64,000 bases of DNA, taken from assembly GCA_964565505.1 (NCBI GenBank), contig CAZMFF010000003.1:1465-65464 (forward strand). Reading direction: 5' to 3'. The notes below the pieces were generated by a model. The model was not told the origin of the DNA, searched no databases, and was given only the letters and a program-made list of their open reading frames with translations. This DNA comes from an uncultured Acutalibacter sp. Its GTDB lineage: Bacteria; Bacillota; Clostridia; Oscillospirales; Acutalibacteraceae. Shown here piece after piece: positions 9,880-20,007 of the stretch. Position numbers and translations under genes: made by a program. Position 1 is the first letter of the stretch; each line of letters opens with the position of its first letter.

Positions 9880-10557
9880 ATGGCCTACCGTATTTTGATC
9901 GTGGACGATGAAGAGGACATCGTCTTTATGCTTTCCGATCTTTTTCAAATGAAGGGCTACGAGGTGCTTGCCGCCTACGGAGGGCCGGAAGCTCTGAAGC
10001 TGTGCGAAAGCTCGCCCGATCTGATCCTTTTGGATGTGAGTATGCCGGGCATGGACGGGTTTTCCCTGTGCCGGAGGATCCGGGATTTTGTGGCCTGCCC
10101 CATTCTGTTTCTCACCGCGAGGCTGGAAGACGCCGACAAGCTGCAGGGCTTTGCCGCCGGCGGGGACGACTATATCGTCAAGCCCTTTTCAAGCTCTGAG
10201 CTGCTGGCCCGGGTACAGGCTCATCTGCGCCGGGAGGAACGCCGCCAGGGCAGCGCCCGGGTAAAGTTTGACGGCGGGCTCGTGATCGACTACGGCCAGC
10301 GCCTGCTTTTTCAGGATGGGCGTACCGTGTACCTGGCAAAAAAGGAATTTGAGATCCTGGAACTGCTTTCCACCCATCCCACCCAGGTGTTCAGCAGAGA
10401 GCATATCTATGAATCCGTTTGGGGCTATGACAGTGAAGGGGACAGCGCCGTTGTGGCGGAGCATATCCGGCGCATCCGCTCAAAGCTGGGGGAAGCCGGC
10501 TGCAAGGAGCGCATCGAGACAGTCTGGGGCGTGGGATACAGGTGGAAGCACGGATAA
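9880..10557 (+). CDS. OmpR-family response regulator
   Basis: Receiver domain (ILIVDDE, LILLDVSMPGMDG) plus a winged-helix C-terminus (TVWGVGYRW). Confidence 0.93.
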   Translation: MAYRILIVDDEEDIVFMLSDLFQMKGYEVLAAYGGPEALKLCESSPDLILLDVSMPGMDGFSLCRRIRDFVACPILFLTARLEDADKLQGFAAGGDDYIVKPFSSSELLARVQAHLRREERRQGSARVKFDGGLVIDYGQRLLFQDGRTVYLAKKEFEILELLSTHPTQVFSREHIYESVWGYDSEGDSAVVAEHIRRIRSKLGEAGCKERIETVWGVGYRWKHG

Positions 10558-10591
10558 ATGGGATGCTTTACCGGCAAAAGGAGGAAACAGC

Positions 10592-11869
10592 ATGAGACAA
10601 AATCAAAAGAAGGAACAAAAGAGAAGCTCCCTGTGGCAGAGGATCTCCCTGAAAGCGGCCCTGGTGCTCACCACCATCGTCTGCGTTGGGGTGGGATTTC
10701 TTTTATGCTCCCTTGAACTTGCAGCTCTGGAGCATATTCATTCCCGGATTTATTCCTCCTATATCCAGCCCTATTTGCCGGAAGAGACAAGCGGCAATAC
10801 TGTCTTTTCCTCCTCAGACGGCGTTTATATCCGCATGGAGCAAACCATTCCTCAGGCTTACCGGGATCCGCTTACGGGAGAGCTGTATCCTTTTGAGACC
10901 ACGGACTCCTCCCAGTTCATTCCGCAGGGGGGCCTGCGCTTTTTTTATGCGAATTCCGGGCTTTTTGAACTGGGCGTCTGCTTTCTCACCGTAGGACTCC
11001 TCTTTGCACTAAATGCCGCCTGGTTCTATCGGTGGAAGCTGAAAAGGCCGCTGGCCGTTCTCTCCGAAGCTTCTCAAAAAATCGCCCGGAACGATCTTAA
11101 CTTTCACATTTCCTCTACGGGAGAGGACGAGCTGGGAAAGCTGTGCGGCTCCTTTGAGAAAATGCGCGGCTCCCTGGAGGAAAACAACAAGGCCATGTGG
11201 CGTTCGGTAGAAGAGCGCCGCCGCCTGAACGCCGCCTTTGCCCACGACCTGCGCACGCCTTTGACGGTGCTTCTGGGCTACAGCGACTGCCTTTCGGAAG
11301 GCCTTCTGAAAGAGAGCGTCTCCGCCCAAAAGGCGCGGCAAATCCTCTCCTCTATGGACCGGAACCTCAAAAGGCTTCAGGGGTATGTGGAGGGGATGAG
11401 CCATGTATCAAAGCTTTCCGACCTTCCCCTGCAAAAAGAGCCCCTGTCCCTTTCAGCGCTTTCCGCCCGTCTGGAAGAAACCGGAAAGCTTTTGCTTCCT
11501 AAGGGGCTTTCCTTCAGCTGCCGGGAAATCGGGGAGCTCAATTTGGACGAGGATCTCATCGTCGAGGTATTTGAAAACCTGATCTCCAACGCCCGCCGGT
11601 ACAGGAAGCAGGAGGTGACGGCAGAACTCTCCCAGGCTGACGGCTTTTTGCTTCTCACTGTCTGCGACGACGGGGAAGGATTTTCCGGGGAAGCTTTAAA
11701 AAAAGCGGCAGAGCCCTATTTTCGGGGAGACAAGACCAAGGCGGCGGAGCATTTCGGCCTGGGGCTTTTCATCTGCCGCCTGCTGTGTGAAAAGCACGGC
11801 GGTTTTTTAGAGCTTTCCAATCTTCCGGAGGGCGGAGCAAAGCTCACTGCCGGATTTTCCGGCACATGA
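10592..11869 (+). CDS. sensor histidine kinase (2 TM, HAMP, HisKA, HATPase_c)
   Basis: H-box AFAHDLRTPLT, with N/G boxes (ISNARRY, DDGEGF, GLGLFICR). Start at ATG 10592 after AAAGGAGGA; the 276-nt track extension overlaps the regulator gene. Confidence 0.9.
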   Translation: MRQNQKKEQKRSSLWQRISLKAALVLTTIVCVGVGFLLCSLELAALEHIHSRIYSSYIQPYLPEETSGNTVFSSSDGVYIRMEQTIPQAYRDPLTGELYPFETTDSSQFIPQGGLRFFYANSGLFELGVCFLTVGLLFALNAAWFYRWKLKRPLAVLSEASQKIARNDLNFHISSTGEDELGKLCGSFEKMRGSLEENNKAMWRSVEERRRLNAAFAHDLRTPLTVLLGYSDCLSEGLLKESVSAQKARQILSSMDRNLKRLQGYVEGMSHVSKLSDLPLQKEPLSLSALSARLEETGKLLLPKGLSFSCREIGELNLDEDLIVEVFENLISNARRYRKQEVTAELSQADGFLLLTVCDDGEGFSGEALKKAAEPYFRGDKTKAAEHFGLGLFICRLLCEKHGGFLELSNLPEGGAKLTAGFSGT

Positions 11870-11944
11870 AAGCCGCAAAGTAGTGAGAAATTTGAAATTT
11901 GTCTGTTATCCTCCTTTCAGCTTTAAGAAAAGGAAGTGCAGACA

Positions 11945-12688
11945 ATGGCGCAAAACGAAGAGATCCTTCTCTCTCATATCACCCAAAGCTACGGCAGAAA
12001 AACCGTCCTTTCCGACCTGTCCATGACGATCCCAAAGGGAATGTTCGGGCTTCTCGGAAGGAACGGAGCGGGAAAAACCACCCTGCTTCGCACCATTTCC
12101 GGCCTGATCGCGCCCAAAAAGGGAAGCATTTCGCTCTATGGGACGGACGGCTCCAACCTGCAGGCCGTGCGAAAGCTCATAGGCTATCTGCCTCAGGAGT
12201 TTTCCTTTTACCCCTCCATGACCTGCCTGGAGGCTCTGGACTATCTGGCCGTTCTCTCCGGGCTTTCAAAAAGCCAGCGGAAAGAGCGGATCCCCCTGCT
12301 GCTTTCCCAGGTTGGGCTATGGGAAAAGAAAAGCGCAAAATTCCGCACGCTTTCCGGCGGCATGAAACGCCGCCTGGGCATTGCCCAGGCCCTGCTTCAC
12401 GACCCGAAGATCGTGGTCACGGATGAGCCCACCGCCGGGCTGGACCCGGAGGAGCGGGTGAGATTTCGGAAGCTTTTTCTCTCCCTTTCCGAAAAAAAGA
12501 CTGTGATCCTCTCCACTCATATTGTGGAGGACATTGAGAAAAGCTGCGAGGATCTGGCGGTGCTCGACAAAGGGCGCCTGCTCTATGCGGGAAAAACCGA
12601 CCGGTTTTTAGAGCGGTACGGGGCAGGAAAAATGGAAAGCGCTTATCTTGCCTGTATCCACGCAAAGGAGGATGGAGGCCGTGATTAA
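11945..12688 (+). CDS. ABC transporter ATP-binding protein (ABC-2/DrrA-like)
   Basis: Walker A GRNGAGKTT, signature LSGGMKRRL, Walker B VVTDEP. ATG 11945 lies 8 nt after AAAGGAAG. Confidence 0.9.
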   Translation: MAQNEEILLSHITQSYGRKTVLSDLSMTIPKGMFGLLGRNGAGKTTLLRTISGLIAPKKGSISLYGTDGSNLQAVRKLIGYLPQEFSFYPSMTCLEALDYLAVLSGLSKSQRKERIPLLLSQVGLWEKKSAKFRTLSGGMKRRLGIAQALLHDPKIVVTDEPTAGLDPEERVRFRKLFLSLSEKKTVILSTHIVEDIEKSCEDLAVLDKGRLLYAGKTDRFLERYGAGKMESAYLACIHAKEDGGRD

Positions 12689-13949
12689 AAAAGAATGGAA
12701 AAGGCTGTTTTTCAGCGTCCCCTTTCTCCTTGCGGTGCTTTTCACTTTTCTCTTCTACGAGACGCAGCTGGAAGGCTATCTCTCCCCCGGCGAGAAAATC
12801 ACTGCGCCCCTTCCCGGAGGGTCTTATGGAACCGTACCCAGCGAGGACCCTGAGCGCATCATGCCGGCCGCCATAGCCTGCCTCCTTCAGGATTTCTCCG
12901 AAAACCGCTATCAGACCTATCCCTTTGGATTTTACCGGCAGGTGTCCCTCTCCGAGGCGGACCGGGAAAAGATGGCTGATATCCTCACAGAGCTTACCGG
13001 GATTTCCAAAGAGCAGCTATTCTCTGTGCAGGGCGAGCAGGAAAAGGGCCTTTCTCTGACGCCGGGCGCTTCCGGCACGCCCGTTCCCAAAGCTGCGCCG
13101 AGTTCTCCGTTTCCCATTAAAAAGGATCTTTCCTTTGAACGGTTTCTGTCTTTGATGGAGCAGGCGGACGCCCTGCTGGGGGGAGGCTCCTCCTATGCCC
13201 CTGGCTCTCTGAAAAACCTTGCTCCCAGGGAAAAGACATACGAGGAGGCTCTTCTGGAATACGAGCAGGCGCGGGACATCGACCGTTTCTCGGGCTCGCA
13301 CGCCAGGCTGTTCTGCGACTACATGACCGTTCTTTACGCCCTCATTCCCGCGTTTCTGGCGGTAAGCCAATGGCTTGGCGACCGCCGGGCAGGGGTCCAC
13401 GAAATTCTCTTTTCAAAGCCGGTGTCTTCCCTGCGGCTGTGCGCTTCCCGCTATTTTGCCGTGGTAAGCCTTTCTCTTTTTCCCCTGCTTCTTTTGGGAG
13501 TCATCGACAGCTTCCGGGCGGCAGACCTGTATCGGGGCGAAGCGATCGACGCCCTCGCCTATTTGAAGTACATATTCGGATGGGCCTTGCCCACCATCCT
13601 GTTTTCCGCGGCTTTCGGCCAATTCTTCACGCTGCTGACCGATACGCCTGTAGGGATCCCTGTCGCTTTGCTTTTCTGGGTCTTTGACCTCAACCGCAAT
13701 CTCTTTCAAATGGAGGGCGGCTACCGGGGCCTCCCCCTCTCTCCGAGACACAATCAGCTGATGGGGGCGCAAGTTTTCCAAAAAAACTTCTCTCAGCTGC
13801 TGTCAGGAAGGATCATTTATTCCGCTTTGAGTCTCGCGCTTTTAGGCGCCTGCGCTCTCATTCTGGAGTATAGACGAAAGGGGGTATGGCTTCGTTATGA
13901 CAGTATTCGCAAAGCTTTCGCGCGTCGCAGGGACCGTTCTCCGGCGTGA
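12681..13949 (+). CDS. ABC-2-type membrane permease with a roughly 200-aa extracytoplasmic insert after TM1
   Basis: One N-terminal TM, a long hydrophilic stretch, then about 5 C-terminal TM segments. GTG 12681 lies 9 nt after AAAGGAGG; ATG 12672 is an alternative start. It overlaps the ATPase stop by 8 nt. Confidence 0.6.
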   Translation: MIKKEWKRLFFSVPFLLAVLFTFLFYETQLEGYLSPGEKITAPLPGGSYGTVPSEDPERIMPAAIACLLQDFSENRYQTYPFGFYRQVSLSEADREKMADILTELTGISKEQLFSVQGEQEKGLSLTPGASGTPVPKAAPSSPFPIKKDLSFERFLSLMEQADALLGGGSSYAPGSLKNLAPREKTYEEALLEYEQARDIDRFSGSHARLFCDYMTVLYALIPAFLAVSQWLGDRRAGVHEILFSKPVSSLRLCASRYFAVVSLSLFPLLLLGVIDSFRAADLYRGEAIDALAYLKYIFGWALPTILFSAAFGQFFTLLTDTPVGIPVALLFWVFDLNRNLFQMEGGYRGLPLSPRHNQLMGAQVFQKNFSQLLSGRIIYSALSLALLGACALILEYRRKGVWLRYDSIRKAFARRRDRSPA

Positions 13950-14520
13950 TCTTCCCCTTCCTCTTTTTACCGCCCTTCTTCCCTTGCTGCTCGCTCCCTT
14001 TCTCTTTCCGGTCTCCTGTCTGGGGGTGAAGGATTCGGCCGCCCCTATGGAAATGCTGGTGGTCCTCACAGGTCCGGCGCTGCTCTCCCCTGCTTTTCTG
14101 CCGGAGGAAGATCAGTCTCTTCGGGATATCCTGCGCCTGAAAGGGTCCGCCCTGAGGCTTATTCTTTTTCTCAGGCTCCTGATCTCCTGTGTTTTTCTTC
14201 TGCTGTTGCCCGCCGCGTTCCTGCTTTTTCTCGCGGCAAATCACAGCGAAATTTCCCCCATGCTGTGGGGAAACACGGCGGCCTCCGCCCTGTTTTTGGG
14301 AGGCATGGGCGCTCTCAGCTACAGCGTCTGCCGGAATTTGGCCGCGGCCTATATGGTCCCGCTGCTCTATTACGCCATGAATTTCTTTGCGGGCGCCCGG
14401 CTGAAAAGCTTCTTTTTATTCTCCACTGTAAGCACTGGGACCGGCTTCAAGCTTTCCCAGCTTGTTTTGGGGCTTATGTTCCTCTTCCTCGCCGCTTTCC
14501 TGCAAATCAGAGAAAAGTAA
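13897..14520 (+). CDS. polytopic membrane protein, probable second permease component
   Basis: 207 aa and almost entirely hydrophobic (about 6 TM). It overlaps the 3' end of the preceding gene. No recognisable motif. Confidence 0.5.
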   Translation: MTVFAKLSRVAGTVLRRDLPLPLFTALLPLLLAPFLFPVSCLGVKDSAAPMEMLVVLTGPALLSPAFLPEEDQSLRDILRLKGSALRLILFLRLLISCVFLLLLPAAFLLFLAANHSEISPMLWGNTAASALFLGGMGALSYSVCRNLAAAYMVPLLYYAMNFFAGARLKSFFLFSTVSTGTGFKLSQLVLGLMFLFLAAFLQIREK

Positions 14521-14560
14521 AAAACTCCCGGAACGCTTTACCGGCGTTTCGGGAGTTTTT
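14520..14560. terminator. bidirectional intrinsic terminator
   Basis: AAAACUCCCGGAACGC ... GCGUUUCGGGAGUUUUU, with an A-tract before and a U-tract after. It lies between the convergent membrane-protein gene and nrdR. Confidence 0.7.
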
Positions 14561-14564
14561 ACCG

Positions 14565-15026
14565 TTATTCTTTTCTGCTGTTCATGATCTTGCTCAGCTC
14601 TTCCATAAAGCTGTTGATGTCCTTGAACTGGCGGTACACAGAGGCAAAGCGCACATAGGCCACCTCATCCACCGTTTTCAGCTTCTCCATGGCGTAGGTG
14701 CCGATCCGCTGAGAGGACACCTCACGATCCAGAGAATTCTGAAGCAGGTTCTCGATCTCGTCTACGATCCGCTCCAGGGTATCAATGGATACCGGCCTTT
14801 TTTCACAGGCCCTGAGAAGGCCGTTCAACAGCTTATTTCTGTCAAAGGTCTCCCTGGATTTATCCTTCTTGATTACCACGATGGGCACGTTCTCCATGAT
14901 CTCATAGGTGGTAAAGCGTTTCGCGCATTTTAAACATTCGCGCCTGCGGCGGATCCTCTCCCCCTCGTCGGTGGGGCGGGAATCGATCACGCGGCTTTCA
15001 CTGTAGCCGCAAAAGGGACATTTCAA
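14565..15026 (-). CDS. nrdR: transcriptional repressor NrdR
   Basis: [17 protein letters not shown]...[17 protein letters not shown] is the zinc ribbon, followed by an ATP-cone. TTG at 15026 gives the usual MKCPFC N-terminus, with GGAAGGTG 7 nt upstream. The track ATG is 3 codons further upstream. Confidence 0.9.
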   Translation of the reverse strand: MKCPFCGYSESRVIDSRPTDEGERIRRRRECLKCAKRFTTYEIMENVPIVVIKKDKSRETFDRNKLLNGLLRACEKRPVSIDTLERIVDEIENLLQNSLDREVSSQRIGTYAMEKLKTVDEVAYVRFASVYRQFKDINSFMEELSKIMNSRKE

Positions 15027-15166
15027 GCCATTCACCTTCCTAGATATACCGTATTCTTGCCTTTAGTATACTGCATCTTGTATAGAAAAGGCAAGCAAAA
15101 GATTTACGGATTTCCCGAAAGCTTTTTCGAATATGCGCTCGCCTCTCTTTTTTAGCTTCTCACAGC

Positions 15167-15195
15167 TTGCTAAACAAAAGGAATTCCCTTATAAT
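15167..15195 (+). promoter_or_regulatory. sigma-A type promoter for the ABC-F gene
   Basis: TTGCTA (15167-15172), a 17-nt spacer, then TATAAT (15190-15195). Confidence 0.5.
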
Positions 15196-15243
15196 AGGCT
15201 GGTATACTGCGATCTATGCAATATTTTTGGAGAGGATGCCGTC

Positions 15244-17178
15244 ATGGCGATTTTAACAGTTCATCATATCTCTCAAAGCTTCGGCGAGGAGATCATCATA
15301 AAAGACGCGGATTTTGAAATGCAGAAGGGAGAACGGATCGGCCTGGTAGGCGTCAACGGAAGCGGGAAAACCACCCTTTTCAAGGTGCTTACCGGCGAGT
15401 ACACCCCGGACGGCGGCAGCGTGGTCGTCTCAAAGGATACCGTGCTGGGCTATATGGAGCAGCATGTGTGCCGAGACTTTCACAAGACGGCCTTTGAGGA
15501 GGTCATGACCGTTTTTGCCCCTTTGCTTGCTTTGGAAACGGAATTGGAAGCGCTCAGCGACCGGCTTTCCCAAAACCTTTCTCAGGAGGAAATGCTTCCC
15601 TTGATCGCGAAGCAGACAGAGCTCAACGAGCGCTTTGTAGACGGCGGAGGGCTTACCTGCCGTTCCCGGGCACGCAGCGCTTTAGAGGGGCTGGGCTTTT
15701 CCAAAGAGCAGATCGAAAACAAGGTGGGGGTATTAAGCGGCGGGCAGAAGGCCAAGCTGCAGCTTGCAAAAATGCTTTTGGGAGGAGCGAACCTGCTCTT
15801 ATTGGACGAGCCCACCAACCATCTGGACATCAACTCTGTAGAGTGGCTGGAGGATTTTCTGAAAAATTACTCCGGCGCTTATATCGTCATCTCCCACGAC
15901 CGGTATTTTCTGGACAAGGTCACCTTGCGGACGCTGGAAATGGAGGGGAAACGCCTCAGCTCTTATAAGGGAAACTACTCCACTTACCTGAAGCTCAAGG
16001 AGGAAAACAGGCTGACAAAGCAGCGCCTCTACGAGCAGACTAAGAAGGAGATCGATCGGATCGAGGGCATCATCGAGCAGCAGAGGCGATGGAATCAGGA
16101 GAGAAACTATGTGACCATCGCCAGCAAGCAGAAATCCATCGACCGGCTGGAGGCCACGCTGGAAAAGCCGGAGGCAGAACCGGACACCATCAAATTCCGG
16201 TTCAAGGCCAGCCGCCGCAGCGGAAACGACGTGCTTTGGGCAGAGGACCTCTCCCTGTCCTTCGACGGGCAGCCGCCCCTGTTCTCCCATGTAAACCTGG
16301 ACATCAAGCGGGGGGAAAAGATTTTCCTCATCGGCCCCAACGGCTGCGGGAAAACCTCTCTTTTTAAGATCCTTTTGGAGCAGTATCAGCCGGATTCCGG
16401 CCTTGTGCGCCTGGGCGCCGGGGTGGACCTGGGCTATTACGAGCAGTCTCAGTTAAGTCTTAACGACAAAAAGACCGTCATCGACGAGATCTGGGATCTG
16501 CATCCTAGGATGACTGAAACTGAGGTGCGCGGGGCACTTGCGGTATTCCTCTTTAAGGGCGAGGACGTTTTCAAGCCTGTAGGCGGCCTTTCCGGGGGCG
16601 AGCGGGCCAGGATCCTGCTTTTGAAGCTCATGCTTTCCAAGGCTAATTTTCTTCTGCTGGACGAGCCCACCAACCATCTGGATATCGGCTCCTGCGAAGC
16701 CCTGGAGGACGCCCTGTCAGGGTATGACGGCACTTTGTTCGTGGTCTCTCACGACCGGTACCTCATCAATAAGCTGGCGGACAAGGTCTACGCGCTGGGG
16801 AAAGAGGGCGCCAAGCTTTACCTGGGTAATTACGACGCGTACCTGGAAAAGCGGGAGACAGAGCAGGCCGCCTTGGAGGTCAAACAGGAGCCAAAGCTAA
16901 ATCTTTACAAGCTTCGCAAGGAACGGGAGGCACAGCTTCGGAAAAAGCGCGCTGCCTTAGGGGCGCTGGAAAAGGAGATCGAGGAAAACGACAGCGCGAT
17001 AGAGGCGCTCACCAAAAAGCTGGAAGACCCGCAGGTCGTCTCCGACTACGAGGCGGTGACAGAGGCCTCCGCCGAGCTTTCCGCTCTTCGGGAAAAGGCA
17101 GAGGAGCTTCTCTTAAGCTGGGGAGAGCTTTCCGAAGAGCTGGAAAAAGCAGAGCGGTCAAAGGAGGAAGCTCCCTGA
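15244..17178 (+). CDS. ABC-F family ATPase (two NBDs plus a C-terminal coiled coil, Uup-like)
   Basis: Two Walker A motifs (GVNGSGKTT, GPNGCGKTS), two LSGG signatures, and a long charged C-terminal helix. Start at MAILTVHHISQSFG (15244) after GGAGAGGA. Confidence 0.9.
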   Translation: MAILTVHHISQSFGEEIIIKDADFEMQKGERIGLVGVNGSGKTTLFKVLTGEYTPDGGSVVVSKDTVLGYMEQHVCRDFHKTAFEEVMTVFAPLLALETELEALSDRLSQNLSQEEMLPLIAKQTELNERFVDGGGLTCRSRARSALEGLGFSKEQIENKVGVLSGGQKAKLQLAKMLLGGANLLLLDEPTNHLDINSVEWLEDFLKNYSGAYIVISHDRYFLDKVTLRTLEMEGKRLSSYKGNYSTYLKLKEENRLTKQRLYEQTKKEIDRIEGIIEQQRRWNQERNYVTIASKQKSIDRLEATLEKPEAEPDTIKFRFKASRRSGNDVLWAEDLSLSFDGQPPLFSHVNLDIKRGEKIFLIGPNGCGKTSLFKILLEQYQPDSGLVRLGAGVDLGYYEQSQLSLNDKKTVIDEIWDLHPRMTETEVRGALAVFLFKGEDVFKPVGGLSGGERARILLLKLMLSKANFLLLDEPTNHLDIGSCEALEDALSGYDGTLFVVSHDRYLINKLADKVYALGKEGAKLYLGNYDAYLEKRETEQAALEVKQEPKLNLYKLRKEREAQLRKKRAALGALEKEIEENDSAIEALTKKLEDPQVVSDYEAVTEASAELSALREKAEELLLSWGELSEELEKAERSKEEAP

Positions 17179-17264
17179 GCTTTCAGGGAGGGCTTTCCAT
17201 TTGAAGAAAACCGGCCAAATCATTTTTTTGCAAAAGGCGCTTTGACGGCAGGAAGGAGCTGCTC

Positions 17265-18563
17265 ATGACAGTCAAATTCATCACTCTGGGCTGTAAGGTG
17301 AATCAATACGAATCAGAGGCCATGCTGGAAGCCATGGAAAACGCAGGATTCCGGCAGGCCGCGCAGCAGGAAAGCGCCGACGTGGTGGTGGTAAATTCCT
17401 GCACCGTTACCTCCACCGGAGACCAGAAGGCCCGTCAGGCTCTCAGAAGGGCCAAAAAGGAGAATCCTGAGGCTGTGACTGTGCTGACAGGCTGCTGGCC
17501 TCAGGCCTTCCCGGAAGAGGCTGGGCATTTTTCAGAGGCCGACGTGGTGCTGGGCACCAAAAACCGATCGGCCCTTCCCTCCTTTGTCCTTCAGTTCTTA
17601 TCTGACAGGCGCCGCGTGGTAAACATTGCCCCTCACGCGCCGGGTGACCCCTTTGAAAAGCTTTCGGTGTCCTCTTTTCACGGGCGCACTCGAGCTTTTT
17701 TAAAAATCGAAGACGGGTGTGACCGCTTTTGCTCCTACTGCATTATTCCCTTCGCCAGAGGCCGCGTGCGCTCCAAGCCGGTGGAGGATGTTCGCCGGGA
17801 AGTGACCGCTCTGGCGGGAAACGGCTATCAGGAGGTGGTGCTGACCGGCATCAACCTTCCCGCCTATGGGCAGGATCTGGGAAAAGAGCTTTGCGATGCG
17901 ATCGAGGCCGCCTGCTCTGTACCCGGCATCTCCCGGGTGCGTCTGGGCTCTCTGGAGCCGGAAAAGCTTTCCCCTTCGGTGATTGCCCGGATGCAGCTTG
18001 AGGAAAAGCTTTGTCCTCAATTCCACCTTTCTCTGCAAAGCGGATGCGATGCCACGCTTTCCCGGATGAACCGCCACTATACCACCGGGGAGTACCGGGA
18101 AATCGTCTCCCGGCTGCGGGAGGCCTTTCCCGGCTGCGCCGTCACCACAGATGTGATGGTAGGCTTTGCCGGGGAAACCGAAGAGGAGTTTGAAGCCTCC
18201 CTGGCATTCGTGCGGGAAATGGCTTTCGCAAGGGTCCATGTATTCGCCTATTCCCGCCGCCCCGGCACAAAGGCCTACCACGCGCCGAATCAGGTGCCGA
18301 ACCGCCTGAAGGAAGAGAGAAGCAGGCGGATGATCGCCGCTGCCCGAAAGATGCAGGCCGAGTTTTTCCGGCGGCAGGTGGGCCTTGAGGAGGAGGTGTT
18401 GTTCGAGCAGGAGAAAAAAAAGAATGTATATGAAGGATATACCCGAAATTACACTCCCGTGCTGGCGGTCTCCGCTAAGCCCTTGCAGGGGCTGCTTCTC
18501 CCGGTAAAGATCACCGAAGCGCAGGAAGAGGCCTGTGTGGGAACCATCGTAAAGGGCTTTTGA
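17265..18563 (+). CDS. mtaB: tRNA methylthiotransferase, MtaB-like radical SAM (UPF0004 + radical SAM + TRAM)
   Basis: MTVKFITLGCKVNQYESEAM N-terminus, with CDRFCSYC as the radical SAM cluster motif. Confidence 0.85.
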   Translation: MTVKFITLGCKVNQYESEAMLEAMENAGFRQAAQQESADVVVVNSCTVTSTGDQKARQALRRAKKENPEAVTVLTGCWPQAFPEEAGHFSEADVVLGTKNRSALPSFVLQFLSDRRRVVNIAPHAPGDPFEKLSVSSFHGRTRAFLKIEDGCDRFCSYCIIPFARGRVRSKPVEDVRREVTALAGNGYQEVVLTGINLPAYGQDLGKELCDAIEAACSVPGISRVRLGSLEPEKLSPSVIARMQLEEKLCPQFHLSLQSGCDATLSRMNRHYTTGEYREIVSRLREAFPGCAVTTDVMVGFAGETEEEFEASLAFVREMAFARVHVFAYSRRPGTKAYHAPNQVPNRLKEERSRRMIAAARKMQAEFFRRQVGLEEEVLFEQEKKKNVYEGYTRNYTPVLAVSAKPLQGLLLPVKITEAQEEACVGTIVKGF

Positions 18564-18628
18564 AAAAATTTTCAAAAGCCCTTGTAAATTTCTCCGATCC
18601 ATGAGATGATACCTGTAGAAGATCTTCT

Positions 18629-19948
18629 TTGGAGGGGATGATTTTTATGGAAAAAGCACAAAGCAATAGACAATCCAAGAAATTTACCAAAGCGGAAAAA
18701 AGCTGGATCCTGTACGACTGGGCAAATTCCGTCTACGCCACCAATATCTTAGCGGTGCTCTTCCCCATCTATTTTGGAGCGATCTGCGAGAAAAACGGAG
18801 CCAACAACCTTGTGCTATGGTCCTACGGCACCTCCGCCGCCACCTTCCTGGTGGCGATCCTGGCTCCGGTGCTGGGGTCGCTTGCGGACCACAAGGGCCA
18901 CAAGAAAAAGCTGTTTGCCGCCTCTCTGTTTTTGGGAGTGGCCTTCACTCTCTCCAACGCCTTCGTAGAGGATTACCGATTGCTTTTGATCGGCTATGTG
19001 CTTTCCCATATCGGCTTTTCCGGCTCCTGCCTGTTTTACGATTCCTTCCTGACGGATGTGACTTCTCCGGAGCGGATGGACCGGGTGTCCTCCTGGGGGT
19101 ATGCAATGGGATATATCGGCGGCAGCACCATCCCCTTTATTCTCTCCATCATCATTTTGTTTCAGATGGGCATGACCAATATGCTGGCCTTTAAGCTGGT
19201 GATCATCCTCACAAGCCTCTGGTGGCTGGTGTTCAGTATTCCTACCCTGATAAACGTAAAGCAGGTCTACTATGTGGAGGCCAAAAAGGGACATCTTTTC
19301 CGCTCCACCTTCTCAAACCTCTGGAAAACGGCAAAGGAAATCGGCAGGGAAAAGAAGATCCTGATGTTTATCCTCGCTTATTTTTTCTATATTGACGGAG
19401 TGAACACCATCATTTCCATCTCCACCTCTTACGGCTCCAAACTGGGCCTGGACAATATCGGGATGATTTTAGCGCTTCTGCTCACTCAAATCGTGGCGGT
19501 CCCCTTCTCCATCCTGTTTGGAAAGCTGGCGGAGAAATTCGGAGCGATTCGGGTGCTCACCGGCGCCGTCTGCATTTATTTTCTCGTGTGCGTTGTGGGC
19601 TTTTTCATGGGCTTCAATATTGAACAGCGCCCCAATAACCCTGACGCTTTACAGCTTTCCCTCGTTCTCTTCTGGTGCATGGCGTTTCTGGTAGGCACCG
19701 TTCAGGGAGGGATCCAGGCGATCTCCCGCTCCTATTTTGGAAAGCTCATCCCACCGGAGCGCTCTAACGAATATTTCGGATTTTTCGATATTTTCGGCAA
19801 GTTTGCCGCTGTGATTGGCCCTGTGCTGGTGGCCTCCTTCACCCAGCTGACCGGGAGGGATTCCATCGGCGTGATCAGCCTGGCGATTCTGTTTGCCGCC
19901 GGCGGCGCTATTCTCTTTTTGAACCGAAAGCATTTCGGCAGCGTGTAA
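18629..19948 (+). CDS. MFS transporter, UMF1/Atg22-like family
   Basis: WILYDWANSVYATNILAVLFPIYF motif and about 12 TM segments. The start may be the downstream Met at 18647. Confidence 0.8.
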   Translation: MEGMIFMEKAQSNRQSKKFTKAEKSWILYDWANSVYATNILAVLFPIYFGAICEKNGANNLVLWSYGTSAATFLVAILAPVLGSLADHKGHKKKLFAASLFLGVAFTLSNAFVEDYRLLLIGYVLSHIGFSGSCLFYDSFLTDVTSPERMDRVSSWGYAMGYIGGSTIPFILSIIILFQMGMTNMLAFKLVIILTSLWWLVFSIPTLINVKQVYYVEAKKGHLFRSTFSNLWKTAKEIGREKKILMFILAYFFYIDGVNTIISISTSYGSKLGLDNIGMILALLLTQIVAVPFSILFGKLAEKFGAIRVLTGAVCIYFLVCVVGFFMGFNIEQRPNNPDALQLSLVLFWCMAFLVGTVQGGIQAISRSYFGKLIPPERSNEYFGFFDIFGKFAAVIGPVLVASFTQLTGRDSIGVISLAILFAAGGAILFLNRKHFGSV

Positions 19949-19975
19949 ATTCCGTTTTCAGAGCCCACTATTTTC

Positions 19976-20006
19976 AAAAAGGCAGAAAGCGCAATCGCTT
20001 TCTGCC
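19976..20006. terminator. bidirectional terminator between the MFS gene and mutY
   Basis: AAAAAGGCAGAAAGCG-caat-CGCUUUCUGCC. The U-tract is on the minus-strand side, immediately after the mutY stop. Confidence 0.6.
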
Positions 20007-20007
20007 T

